64,000 nt of DNA, from positions 73,720,001-73,784,000 of the forward strand of contig NC_087436.1 in NCBI RefSeq assembly GCF_036321535.1, given 5' to 3'. Below the pieces are notes generated by a model, which ran no database searches, was not told where the DNA came from, and saw only the letters and a list, made by a program, of their open reading frames with translations. Positions 37,591 to 50,407 of this stretch are shown here, piece after piece. The position numbers and the translations under genes are program-made. The number at the start of each line of letters is the position of its first letter. Within the stretch, counting starts at the first letter, position 1. This DNA is from Camelus dromedarius (taxonomy: Eukaryota).

Positions 37591-40500
37591 TAACCCAGGT
37601 GGCCCCAAAGTTTTCTATTTTTCTGGAGTTACCTTCAGTATCCAAATAAAGTGACAAGGCCCTATTCCACCAGTTATGAGAAATCTAAAATCTTTCCCAA
37701 TATTTTCCGAGTCCCAGGCAGGCTTGCATTTAAAACTGAATGTCACACAGTAGTGTTTTAAAGCTGGTCATCCCCCCATAGGAAGTCTCTCACTGGTTTT
37801 CTGTACCTTTACTCCAACCTGCTGTCATTTTTACAGTCCCCTCCAGTCTTCTGCCTCTCTTTTTGCTGTTCCAGGATTCCCAACACCCTCCCTAGCTACT
37901 AAAGGTAATTTCTGTTTCCTTATTATTTGGGGAAAATTTAGCTTGCTTTTGCTTTAACTTCCAATCCATAAGAACTCCCAGCCAGTCTGGACCTAATCAA
38001 AGGCTCCAAACAAGAGAAATGTTGCTTGAGGCATGTCCTGCTGCTTTTAATGTTGTAGAAGTGATTGCTGGCATTTCTCTTGTTATGTTACAGCACTGTT
38101 TCCCCCTCTCTGTTCTATGGGTTTACTTTGACATTTTTCCTCTCACACTTACAGATTTTCATGTTAGTTCCTCCTTCTGGAGGAAGTTCAGATTGGGTAC
38201 TCAGATGGTTAAGGAAAGCTGATGGCAGGTGGACGGGCCTTCTTGGTCCTACACTCTACACAGAAGGCAGAGGCCAAGGCCTCATTCCCTGGAGTTGGAG
38301 ATACCAGCAACTTTTTCCTTTTTTTTTTTTATTAAGCAAAACAAATTCTTTATGAAAACAATAGACTTGAAACAGTAAAGTGAAATATTATATTTAAAGA
38401 ATGAGATTTTTAAAACTGTATAGCAAACTTTAAAAGGAACCAAATAGTTATATGTAACTTGACATCTTTCCAGCTAATCTTTTACCAGTTTTCCCCAGTT
38501 CACAGTCTCATTCTCAGACTTAGATTTGATTGCTCATTTGTGATTTGCTTACTTCCTTAAAATGTAGGGTCAGAAATCCTCCGGGGAACTTTAACTTGGT
38601 ATCAAAATGCCTCAGTGATCTTTTGGCCCGGTGACTACCTAGGAGCTAATTAACTCCTTATCTGTAAGGAAGGTTGTTTGTTTTCTGTTTTCACCTAATT
38701 TCATCCTTTCTATACTGGCCAGAAAACAAAGGGACAGTATTCTAAAGCATCTGTGATTGCAATTTCTCTCCTTATCTTCCTTTTTAATTAGAAAACAACT
38801 TTCTGTTTTCTCAGGAGGGATAAAGAAACCTCAGATAGCTTTCTCCTAATTAACTGATTGAGAAATCACTGGCATTTCAATTTAAAAGTTTACAGATTAA
38901 ATATTTTTTACTGATTACCAATTGCTGTAATGTATAAACTTTGTTCTGCAGATACTGACTGCTTTCTGGTATAGCAAAATAATTAAAATTTTAAATCAGA
39001 GAAGAACTCCTAATAGTTAAAGTCACTTTATGACAGGGCAGTCACGGGGGAGGACTTCAGTATGACCGGGAGCATGCTGGGATGGAGTTACGGAAAAGCG
39101 AGACTTGAATCACGTGTAGGTGGGAGTCAGATAGATGAGGGGAGTGGGGGGAGCAGGTGAATAACAGAGCATGAGCCAAGCTGAAGGCAGAAGTCAGCAT
39201 GGTAAATTTAGATGACCGTGATAAGAGTAGTTCAAATTGACTTGTAAAAGGCACGGAAGAAAATTTAAGATAAAGTATGTGTCTGTCAATGAAAGACATA
39301 TTAAGTGCTTCCTAAGTGCCAAGCACTGCTCAAGGTACTATAAAAGCAGTGGTGAAGAGGACAGAGTTTTCTGCAGTCAAGAAATTTAAATTAATGTTTG
39401 TGGTATGGTGGGGGACAGGAAATAACTATGTAAATGTTTTTAAAAGATAATTTCAGATTATGATAAAATTTGATGGATTTATCTGATTATGATTAAAGAG
39501 AATAAAACAGGCTGTGTCTACCAGATTTTTTAAATTGTGTGCCTTCTAGGTAAGATCACAACAGGCATCCCCTGTATGAATGTTTTATTCTTTTGTTAGT
39601 TTATGTTTGCACTATTAGCATTACTTCCCTCATGAATTTCTTAGTAGGAATCCTTTAAAGCCACTTGCCCATTTTGTGAAGATGGGCTTAGTTAGCAGTC
39701 TACCTTACAATCCTTACAATCCTCACAATCCTGGTTCTGGTTTAGAGTTAGCCGTAGAGGACTGTGCCCCAATAAGGGGCAGCCCATTGTTGCAAAGCGC
39801 AGAAAGTGACTGAGTGAATGAGGGCACGAGTCAGTCCCTCCAGCTGCGGAGGTCTCGCTTCTTCCCCAGGAAGTCAGTATGTGACACAGGGTCACCCTAC
39901 AAATGCACTGAGTGAAGCTGCCAGTACCAATCGCTGGTTTCCGATTTATAGTACATTTATAGTACATTTCTTTATTTTTCAGACAAAAATGTTATAAATA
40001 TTCTCATTTCATCCACTCCATAAGGTGCACACATTCCACTTTGAAAAGCGCTAGAACATAGGTCTGGGGAGGGGATGGTTATTTTACTAAGAGTCATAAG
40101 GGAAGGAAACCAGGAAATGACATTTAAGCTGAAACTTTAATGAGGCGAGACAGCCATGCAAAGAAGAGTGTTTCGGACCCAGGTGTATCAGTTAGGGAAG
40201 CTGAGTTACTCTATTACAAGAATAAAGGATTTACTGTAGGAATCAGATCTTACACAGATGAGGGAAGATCTGGGGAGATGAAAGTCGGGGAGGATAGTCA
40301 GAGGGCTGGAGAAAGATTCACTGATCAAACCTTGAGAAGCACTGGTACAATTGTACACATAAGAGCTTGTGAGAAAAAATCCAAGACACCAAGACTGTCC
40401 AGCTGCCAAACTGGGACTGCCAGGGGCCTTGGGGAAGCTGTTGCTTCTGTGTAACTACTGCCTCTCTGGGTCTACTTCCAAGCTTCTGGTGGAGAACCTG

Positions 40501-41994
40501 GGACCTTTGTTGGTCACGAGGCCCACAGCTGTGAAGACATGGTGAACTCGGAGGCGAGCAAGGGCAAGTTGCCATCCAATGGATCCACTGTCTGTCATTA
40601 CATATAATCAGGAGTAATGGCCAGTCCTTTACTTCTATTTCCAAATCTCACATCTGTGCCTCTTTGACTAACTCCAACCTAAAATCACACAGGCAAGGGG
40701 ATTCTGGGAAACAGCTCCCAGCTTCATCAAGCTGATGTAGTACAACCCAGCACAGCAGGCAACAGTGGATATGAAGGCCCTGAGAAAGAAATTAAGTCAG
40801 TGTGCTTGAGGGTTAGAAAGAAGGTGAGGCCGAGGCTCTGTAAGTGATGGGGAGGGTGGAGGGTGTGTGGTCAGGGAAGCAGACGAAGCCTAACTCATGA
40901 AGGACTTGGTAGGCCTTGCTATGTTTGACTTAATTCTAAATTACAGGATTTTAAGCAAGGTGGTGGTATTCTGTGAGTTATGCTTTGAAAGGATCATCCT
41001 GGCTGTCATGAATGGTAAGGATGCAAGAGAAAAGTTGAGAAAAAGAAGCAGCACAGAAAAGAGGAAGCTATTGAAGTAGTCTAGGAAAGAGATAATGATG
41101 GCCTGGACTATGGGTATAAAAATACAGATACAGAGAACTGGTCAGGTGGGCTTTTGGTCTCATTTCTCCAACCTGTATTTTCAGTCCTAGGAACATCTCT
41201 CTGTTTACGAGGTGTGAAACTCCATCTGCCGTGAAGAAAGTGCAGCAGAGGTAAATGGTCAGAGGAGGTTGGGACTGACACTTAGTACTCCCTATGCACC
41301 AAAGTCTGCTTTGGGCCTGTTCTTCATGACAATCCTGGATGAGGAACCTGATGCACAGGGAGGTTACAAGTATTCTTGAACCAAGGCCACACAGCTAATG
41401 AGTGGTCGGCTTCTGGTCTTAACCTAGATCTCTCCGAACCCAGAATCTTAGCTCTTTACACAGCATCCTGCTATATTTCAGGCTAAGGCCCTTGTGGGCG
41501 TTGTCCATCCACCATCAGCTGCTGCCACCTGCCCCAACATCACACCTGTCTGGCCTCTCAAGCGTACCTCGAGTGTATAAGGCTGATAGTCTCTGTCTGC
41601 TCCCAACCTTCTGAGAGACTGTACACTGTATAACACCTCCAGCCCAAGTTTTCCTGGACTCTTAAATAACATATCCTACTTTTGGGTCTCCATAACTACT
41701 TGAGGCTTTTAAACATTTATAATTTTTGGTCTCCTGGGTATATATCTTATTGGAATAGCATTACTCTTGAGGATTAGGAAATAAATTGCATTTCATGTAA
41801 CTCTGATAAGTCAATGTTGTTATAAGGCATTGTTATCAATGAAGTTTTTTCCTTTCTTCAAAGAGCCTTTTGAAGGGCTTTCAATTACACCTTATATGAG
41901 ATGAAAACGAATGAATAAGGACACATGAGAATTACTGTTAAATGTGCAATAGTTGAGTGCATATTCAAGACATTAAAAAATCAAGACTTGTTTT

Positions 41995-44098
41995 CTGATA
42001 TGGTCCTTTTATTGATAGCATTGTCTTTCAACAAAGGAAATATTTCAAAGTACAGGATATATATGCCAATATTGCTTTGAACATGATTATTTGCTTAGAG
42101 AGTATACATGCATATATAAATGGTAAATGATTGTCATGTATATATATGTCATAGCTACTTGGTCAAAACACGTGGTCTTTGGGTATACACTGTCCACTTT
42201 GCCTGTGAGATGCAAGGTAAGTAGATCACAGACTCCCAAATTATGAAACATTTAGATTTTTCAGGGGAGTTACACGGAAGAAGCTAAAGAGTTTCATGAC
42301 TAGATAAGACACTGGGATCACCACTGGGCAGCACTGAAAATCTCTGCAATGTAAGGAGTGACAACGTTTGAGAAATAGGCATAAATTTAAATTCTGGCCA
42401 AAGACATCCTCTCTTACACAGTTCATGGAACATCATCTTTAAGAGGGTTTCCAATCCCTGCAGAGGCTAACTGGGTACCAACCACGCTTCCACTAACAGG
42501 ATCTACTGCTCCCTCTAGTTCTTGGTAACTTAATACCTGCTTTCTTCATGAGAGCTGGTGTGGTAATCAATAATCACAGTACTTTACAAACTTTGAAACA
42601 AGCTAAACAGACAATGAAATTCGTATTTACCTAAAATGAGTTTTCAGAAGGGATTTGGTGGCTTTCTTGTCAGATCATAGAAGACTGAGGCTTGTCAGGA
42701 ATGGTATTAAAGGAATATTTGTATTGGGGTGCTGAACACTAGGTGATCTCTAAAGCCCCTTCTCATTGTCAGATTCTATGATTCTAGGTATGTTGTATAT
42801 TTAATGAAAACAGTTCAGAATATCCACAAGTGATTTAAACATTTCCTTCTTATCTGTTGGAGAGGCCAAGTTAACATCCTGTCATAATGAGACAAGGATG
42901 TTGCATCACCCTCAGTCCCTGAAGTTTTAATGGCCTGAAGATAATGACTATAAAAGATGTTACCAGGGAGTATATGGAGTAGCTAATAAATAGCCAGATC
43001 CTGCTCTGAGGAGATGATCTGATTGCCCTCCTACCTGCAGAAACTGCAATTAAGAAATTATTCAAAACCTAGTTTCACAGTACATTAGGCACGGGTGGTA
43101 GATTCAGGGAAATACACTGTGGCCCCTGCCCTCAAGGAACTGAAAATTTTGTTGGAGGGAGAAACATACAAAAAATAATTAGAAAACAATTAAGTGCTCA
43201 CCTGTATGGTACTGAACACAAGTGAAATAGCAGTTTTAAGGTAATCCATGTATTCAGAAGGCTTTAAGAGGCAGGATTAAATTGAGCCTTGAAGACTGGA
43301 TCAAGTGAGGATGAGTGAAGAGAAGGAGGCATTTCTGGGGAGTGCTGGGGAAAGAGTGAGAAAGCAGTAGACTCAGGTGAATGAGAGCATGACCTGTGTT
43401 GTAGAGGGGGCAGGCACTGAGTTGTGGTAGGATGAGTGAGGAACTGGTTTGGCTGAAGCAAAGTGGAATGATAAGGAATAAAGGGGTCAGCCTGGGCAGG
43501 CAAGATGAAGTCATACGGCCTCAAAATCAGACAGAAGGTTCTGAAAGCCAAGTGCTATTCACTAGAAACAACCAGCACGAATCTCTCAGATATGCTGTTT
43601 GTGAGGCCCACAGGCTGATTCAAATACAGATGCTGATGGCTATGGCAGCGTGGTGAGGTCCAGCTCCATTCCAAGCTGCTTGGCATACCAACATGTTGCC
43701 AGGCTGTGGCTTGCTGACATGTGCCTCAGAATACTCTCTGGAGGCTGCAGTGTGTGGCCTGGGAAGCCTACGGCTAATCTCCAAGGCAGCTGTTGTGTGT
43801 GGGATGTCGCTGTGTGAATCCAGATGTGGGCGTTACTAAGACTGTGGTCTTAAGCATGATGCAATTCATTTGGTCCGAGGTGGAAGAACAAGGACAAACT
43901 ATAGCTTCTAACAATTCTTAACATGTAGATTTTTAAAAGCAACTTTCTAGCTTTAATTACAATTTCATAATAATGCTTTACATTTTCTAGTCAAATCAAC
44001 GAGCTTGTGTATTAAGGTGCAATCCTCTTTTGGAATTATTTCAGCATAATTAAAAAAGCATCTTTTTAACACAAAACACTTGCTGGTAAAGTAGTCGC
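41995..44098 (-). other. CXCL9: CXCL9 3'UTR (~2.1 kb) ending at AATAAA 42008-42013
   Basis: Collinear with the recalled human CXCL9 3'UTR (e.g. ctgcagcctccagagagta, cccagttagcctctgcagg); tttatt on + at 42008-42013. Confidence 0.8.
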
Positions 44099-44203
44099 TC
44101 AGGTAGTCTTCTTTTGTTGACGACGTTGAGCTTTTTTAACTTTCATAAATTTCTTGTTTTTTTGATATTTTTTCCCTTTCTTTTGCTTTTTCTTTTGGCT
44201 GAC
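44099..44203 (-). CDS. CXCL9: CXCL9 exon 4 coding part (basic tail)
   Basis: VSQKKKQKKGKKYQKNKKFMKVKKAQRRQQKKTT followed by TGA. Confidence 0.96.
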   Translation of the reverse strand, partial: VSQKKKQKKGKKYQKNKKFMKVKKAQRRQQKKTT

Positions 44204-47200
44204 CTGGAGAAGAGGGGGGGGAAAGTGTAGTGTTTCTCTATTTTACCATTTTTCCTTCCTTATATTATACCTGGACTCTCCAGAGCAGACTGTGGTCTTT
44301 CTTTATCCTCAAAACCAGTTTAAAGTTACTTCACTCTCTAAGGGGATCCTTTTGATGCTCTCTACTTCACTTGCTCTGATGAGGAGGAAATAGCCCTCTA
44401 ACTGGTCTTCTCTTGTCCATTCTCTGGGCTCCAACCTTGCTTACAACCAACCTCTCGCAACTACAGCCTTCTGAGGTTGGTACTATTATTACCCACTCTT
44501 TACAGACGAGGAGGCAGGCTTGCGGAGGGTGACTTGCCCAGAGTTGCACAGCTAGAGTGCGGCAGAGCTGTTAGCCCATCAGACTCCAGAAGCCAAGCAC
44601 CCAACTACATATACTGTGGCCCTCTTCAAACTTACCTCCTTAGCAGATCATATAGGATTCTTCCCCCTTTGTCCTGGTCTGCTTTTCTACCTCAGTCCCT
44701 TCCGACTCTCTCCACATAAACTCGAGCCATGTACTTGAGGCTCCCTGAGCACAGCAAGCTCTCACATGATTCTAATCTTCTTTTTCATGCTGCCCTCACC
44801 CTCCTAATGAACTAATTATCCTTCAAAACCCAAATCAAATGTCACCTGATATGAAAAGTCTTCCTTAACACTTTCTCTCTGTCCCCATCTCTGGCAAAAA
44901 GTCAATTACTCCCCCTTCTATTATCTTCAAGATTCCTGTACATTGCTTTATTTTATTTATTTATTTATTTTATATTTCTCACATTGTACTATAATTGTTA
45001 GCATATTTGCTACAGCAGGAAGAGGCTTTATTTTATTACCTTTCCATTCTCAGTGTCTACCATTCAATTCAATACACCATTTACTGTATCGGGTAAGAAA
45101 GACAAGCTCCCTGCCCTTGTGGAACATATCTTCCAGGGACAGAGACAGACGTGTGACACTGTAAGCCGGAATACAATTGTACCTCAAGGTGATGACATCA
45201 TTTTAGGAACAAAATAGGAGGACAATCACATGAATGAAAAATGTATCCCTAAAGGAATTATATAATTCTTTGTGTTCCAAAGTTACTTTCTAAAGGAGAG
45301 AAAATTTTGTTCCTCTTTTTCACCAACCTGTTTCTCCCACACTTTGATCAGTTCTTTCACATCTGCTGAATCTGGGTTTAGACATGTTTGATCTCCATTC
45401 TTCATTGTAGCACTGCCAAGGAAATAGCGACAAGATTTTTTTTTTTTTTACTTTTAATAATTTAAATGCTTCATCGTACTCACAGAATTCAATTCCCCAT
45501 TTAAAATGTGTTTGTGTCATCACTATAAGCATCTGAGACTTCCAGGTTTTTCCCCTGCCTTTCCATTTCCTAAGTGATTTAGGGGACTTAGATACATTTG
45601 TAGGATAGCACATAACCCTAAATTTTAAAAATCCAGCAGGTATATGCAATGAGAGAAACTTATATCTAAAGATAATATAGGTTCTGTTGTGCTGGAAATA
45701 GCTATTTACGTTTAAGGGAAAACACAAAATAAAACAGTTGTCAATATATCTACTTTTTTTTCCCAGAAACAATGAAAACCAGCATGAAATTTCCTAAATT
45801 TTCTAATGAAACTACTTAAAACATAATAAAATGTTTTCCTACGACAAGATTAACAGACTGGTTGAAGTTTTTAAATTACTTATATCAGACTCTCCAGGAA
45901 TAATTTAAAGACTTTTTTCTTTAGTTTTTCTGTTTAATCTAAGAGTAGCCATTCTATACACCACCCTTGATTTAGATTTCAAAAGGTTTTAAAATATGCA
46001 TATTCTTTAACCTAGCAATTTGAATCTCTAGAAAGGTATTACTAATAGGAAAGAATTAAAGACAATATTGCCACAATAATAGTTTGATTTCAATAGCAAA
46101 AAAAAATGTAAATAACCTACATTTAGGCATTGGTCATATAGATTATGGTACATCCATATGATAGAATACAATTTGGCCATTAAAAATGACATTAGAAGAA
46201 ATGCTATTATTGCAGAGGATTTATTGCCATGAGGAAACATTCATGATATGATGTTAATGAAAAAGAAGATTAAAAAACAGTATGTAGTGTATGATTTTAT
46301 TTTTGTGTGCATATATATATGTGTGTGTCTATATTTGTATACACAAAGCAAATGAAGGTTTAGAAAACTGTATACCATGGGATTAACAGTATTTATCACT
46401 GGATAGCAGGATTACAAATGATTTTTATTTTCTTCTTTTGGGTTAGCTGCATTAAACATTTCTACAGTGAACATCTAATACTTTCATAATATATCATCCT
46501 TGGTTCCTAATTTCTACCAGAAATTCTTTGTTTTTTAGAAGAAAAGAAAGAAGTAGACCAGATTTATGAAGGGGCAAATCATCTGCATTTTAAGTGTCTG
46601 ACTGGGCAAGCATTCCAAGGGTAAAATTCACACTAAATTTAACGCTGGAGATTGCGTGTTGGATGAGTTTTTACTTACATGATTTCAGTTTTCTCACAAG
46701 AAGGACTTGGGGCAAACTGTTTAAGGTCCTTTAAGTATTTTGAATGGATCACCCCTTGGCTGGTGTTGATGCAGGAACAGCGTCTACTCCTCATTACTAG
46801 GGCTCCTAAAGGAAAAAGTAAGAGTAGAAAACATTGGTTTACACCAATGTCTCAATTTAGCTGATCCATCAAAATGAAACATTTGTCTTAGTCATGATTA
46901 TACTATCATTTACTGACTTCTGTTAATCATCACCACAAAATTTTGATGTAGGTGTTATCTCCATTTTATAGATAATGAAGCTAAGGTTCAGAGAAGTTAA
47001 ATAAAGAACAAAGCCTTTCAAACTTTAGGGGACAGGTGCAGGATCTCAGTTCAGGTCTCTTTTGAGTCCAAAGGCACTACTCTTCACTACCATATCTTAC
47101 AAACTTAGGAAAAGACATCTTCATAATAGTCGATAAATGCCTAACACAGGTCAGACACAGATAGCTAATTCATCTGTGTCATGCAGACCATAGTTTCTCA

Positions 47201-47963
47201 AGCAACTTCCCAAATCATTTTTTCTTTCTGACAGTGAAATGGACTTAGTGTTGGTTTCGACAGGAAGCGCCACTTGTAAAAGCTAATTACCACCACCATC
47301 CTGATCTTCCCCACTGCCTTGTTTTTCAGTAGTGCTTTTAACTTTTGAAAACTCTTTAAAATACACTATATTCATTCCTTAATTCTTTTATTTATTCAAC
47401 ATGTATTTACTCAGAGCTTACTACATGCCACACATTGTATAGTAGGTAGAAAAAGCATAACTATAAAATCTACATTTTACAGCTGAGGAAATGGAAGTCT
47501 AGAAAAGTTCACTAATTTGCCCAAAATAACAAAGGCAGTTAGGAAGCAGATTAGGGACAAGCTCTCTGATTATTGGATGCTTAATTGGTTAACCACAGAT
47601 ATACTTATCAAGAAACAATATCAGTGTGACAAAAATAACTTAGGAGACAAAGTCTTCCAACTCATTATCAGCCAGTTCAGCAAACATTTATTGAAGCCTT
47701 ACTACATGCTAGGAATTCACACACCTCGACTTGTGTTTGATTTGGTAGGTCCAAAATATGAACTGGGTAATCAACCACAGGTGATTTACATACTTCCTGA
47801 TGCATGCAAAGCAACCACCTTTATTGGGCAAATCAAGAGGCTTTTACAGGAACTCACATCTCTAACTTTACTAACCTAAAATAACTCAGAATCCCTTACC
47901 TTGAACTCCAATCAGAGTCAGGAAGATGATACTCAAAAGGAGAGGAACACCACTTTTCTTCAT
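44099..47963 (-). CDS. CXCL9: C-X-C motif chemokine 9 (MIG), complete 4-exon gene, 126 aa
   Basis: MKKSGVPLLLSIIFLTLIGVQG-ALVMRSRRCSCINTSQGVIHSKYLKDLKQFAPSPSCEKTEIIATMKNGDQTCLNPDSADVKELIKVWEKQVSQKKKQKKGKKYQKNKKFMKVKKAQRRQQKKTT*. Signal peptide, ELR-negative CXC motif, 4 Cys and long basic tail; exons of 64+127+85+105 nt. Confidence 0.98.
45328..45412 (-). CDS. CXCL9: CXCL9 exon 3
   Basis: ATMKNGDQTCLNPDSADVKELIKVWEKQ; cag/gttggt. Confidence 0.96.
46679..46805 (-). CDS. CXCL9: CXCL9 exon 2
   Basis: ALVMRSRRCSCINTSQG...PSPSCEKTEI; tttag/gtaagt. Confidence 0.96.
47900..47963 (-). CDS. CXCL9: CXCL9 exon 1 (signal peptide)
   Basis: MKKSGVPLLLSIIFLTLIGVQ(G); donor gtaagg. Confidence 0.96.
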
Positions 47964-48034
47964 AGTGGTAGAATGGAATCACTCCTGTATTGGATTTCAA
48001 GCCTGAGAAATCCTTTGGAGAACATGCTCTTAGA

Positions 48035-48225
48035 AATCATATTTATTTAGGAAATCTGTTTTCCTCCTAAACTCTGATTGGCTGATATTCTTAGCTGATC
48101 CAGCTAAACTAACCACAAACTTAATTGTGCTGGGGGAAACCCCTACTCTCAGATCCAAGGGAATTTCTGCATGCATTATCTCTTTCCATTTCACATAAAT
48201 GGGTAATTTAAAATAAGGGATGTGA
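48035..48225 (-). promoter_or_regulatory. CXCL9: CXCL9 proximal promoter: TATA-like TAAATAAAT, CCAAT, two NF-kB sites, gamma-RE-1-like STAT1 element
   Basis: TAAATAAAT at 48041-48049; CCAAT near 48077-48081; GGGAAACCCC at 48134-48143 and GGGAATTTCT at 48159-48168; CCTTATTTTAAATTACCCATTTATGTGAAATGG (minus, 48186-48218) resembles the Mig gamma-RE-1 element. Confidence 0.8.
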
Positions 48226-48689
48226 AATCACTATCACTGGCAGCCGTTAGCACACTCACAGCTGCTCACCTGGATGAAGAATAAGTTATACAATGACAAG
48301 AGTTGGAGATGTATATTGTATGTCATTGTCATTGTATACATTGTATACATTGTGTACATTTTATACATCTCCAACTCTTGTTGGAGATGTGGTTTCCAGA
48401 TGGGAGATACCAAAGTTCAGATAAATAATACACTCTTTAATTTGTTTTTACTATACTTGGATTATCCTATATATACTATATAGCTACATTTATTTATTTT
48501 TTCTTATATTGTCTACACAACAATCTTAAACAATCAAAATACATTAAAAGGGACTTAACTCAGGGACTAGATCATTTTCTACTGTGGTAAACTCATTTTG
48601 TTTTTTATGTCATTGCTACTACAGCTTATTTTTCATATGATTAGATTAGTTAGAATAAGAGAAATTATTAGTTGAAATTAGTTGAAAAT

Positions 48690-49712
48690 AGACAATTAGT
48701 GCTACATCAAACTTAAAAACTTCTATGTATCAAAGACAACAATCAACAGAGTGAAAAAGCAACCTAAGGAATGGGAGAAAAATAACTGCAAATCACAGAT
48801 CTGAAAAGGAGTTTATATATATGGAACTTCTACAACAACAAAACCCAAATAACTCGATTTAAAAAAAATTGGGCAGACTTGAACAGACATTTCTCTAAAG
48901 GAGATATACAAATGGCCAATAAGCACACGAAAAAAGCTCAACATCACTAATCGTTAGGGAAATGCAAACCAAAATCACAATGAGATATCACCACATACGC
49001 ACCAGGATGACACAACCAAAGACAGAAAATGACAAGTGTTGGGGAGGATGTAGAAAAGTTGGAAACGTTGTGCATTGCTGGTGCGAATATAAAATGATAC
49101 AGCCATTATGGAAAACAATATAGAAGCTCCTGAGAAAATTAGAAGTTCCTCAAAAAATTAAAAATAGAATTACCATGGAATCCAACAATCCCACTTCTGG
49201 GGATATGTTCAAAAGAATTCAAAGCAGGATCTCAAAGAGATATTTGCACACCCACGTTCATCGCAGCGTTATTCACAATAGCTAAGAAGTGAAGCAACCC
49301 AAATGTCCATTGACAGATGAATGGATAAAGAAAATGAGATACATGTATGCAATGTAATATTATGCATCCTTTAAAAAGAAGGGAATCTTGTCACGTGCTA
49401 CAGCATGGATGAGCCTTGAGAATATTATGCTCAGCAAAATAAATCACAAGAGAACAAATAATCATAGGATTTATGATTTCTAAAGTCAAATCTTAGGAAG
49501 TAGAAAGGTGGTTGCCAAGAGATTGGGGAAAGGGTGAGGTGAAATTAATCTTTAGTGGATTTAGGGCTTGAGTGTTGCAAATGAAAAAGTTCTAGACATC
49601 TGTTGTACAACAAAGTGAATATACTGAACACTACTGAACTATACACTTAGTGATGGTTAACATGGTAAATTTGATGCTACTTATTTTTTTTAACACAATA
49701 AAATAAAAAAAG
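48690..49712 (+). mobile_element. L1 3' end (~1 kb) between the CXCL9 and ART3 promoters
   Basis: ORF2 C-terminal and 3'UTR motifs (aaatggccaataagcac, gatctcaaagagatatttgcacacc); A tail at 49697-49712. Confidence 0.9.
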
Positions 49713-50254
49713 AGTAAGTGATCAGCTGCATGTAACAAAGATCCAAATTAATAGTGGCTAACTAGACAGAAGTGTATTTCTCCCTGACAGAGATAGGTGA
49801 CTAGGGCTTTTATGGTGGTTCTGAGATCTCCACTAAGTCTCCCAGTCTCCTTCTATCTTGTTGCTTTATCACCATCTCTTCATTGCTTCCCTCGTGCACA
49901 TGGCCAAAGGGGGCTTGCCGCCATGTGCACTTTCCAAGTAGAGGATGGTGGGAAGGCAAAAAAAAGGGCGTTTCTCTCATTTTCCTCCTATCACCTTTCA
50001 TCACCTCCCATGGGCCAGAATTTATTCATATGGCCACAACTAGCTGCAGGGAAAGTTAAGAAATGTGATCTTTATTCTGGTTGATCCACTAAAATTTAGA
50101 GGTTTCATTACTGTAGAATAATTTTTCTCAACTTTTTTTTTCACAATTGCCTTTCCTGAGATAAACTTAATCAAATTTAAAGTAACATAAATCTAAATTA
50201 AATTTAATTTCTCCCTAAAGAGAAAAATAAAATATTAAGAAATAAGATTTGTTG

Positions 50255-50407
50255 AGGGGGAAGGTATGGCTCAAGTGGTAGAGTGCATGCTTAGCATCCA
50301 CAAGGTCCTGGGTTCAATCCCCAGTACCTCATCCTAAACAAACAAACAAACAAACCTTGTTACCTCCCCTTCCCACTGCCAAAAAAAAAAAAAAAAAAGA
50401 CAATTAA
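50255..50407 (+). mobile_element. Vic-1-like SINE with 18-bp TSD
   Basis: ggctcaagtggtagagtgcatgcttagc...gtcctgggttcaatccccagtacc, (AAAC)n, A-tail; TSD aagaaataagatttgttg at 50237-50254 and 50408-50425. Confidence 0.92.

Noticed and set aside
40702..43111. Isolated GAS-like TTCNNNGAA motifs at 40702 and 43103
   Set aside because: They are expected many times by chance in 64 kb, and both lie in or beside old repeat-like sequence.
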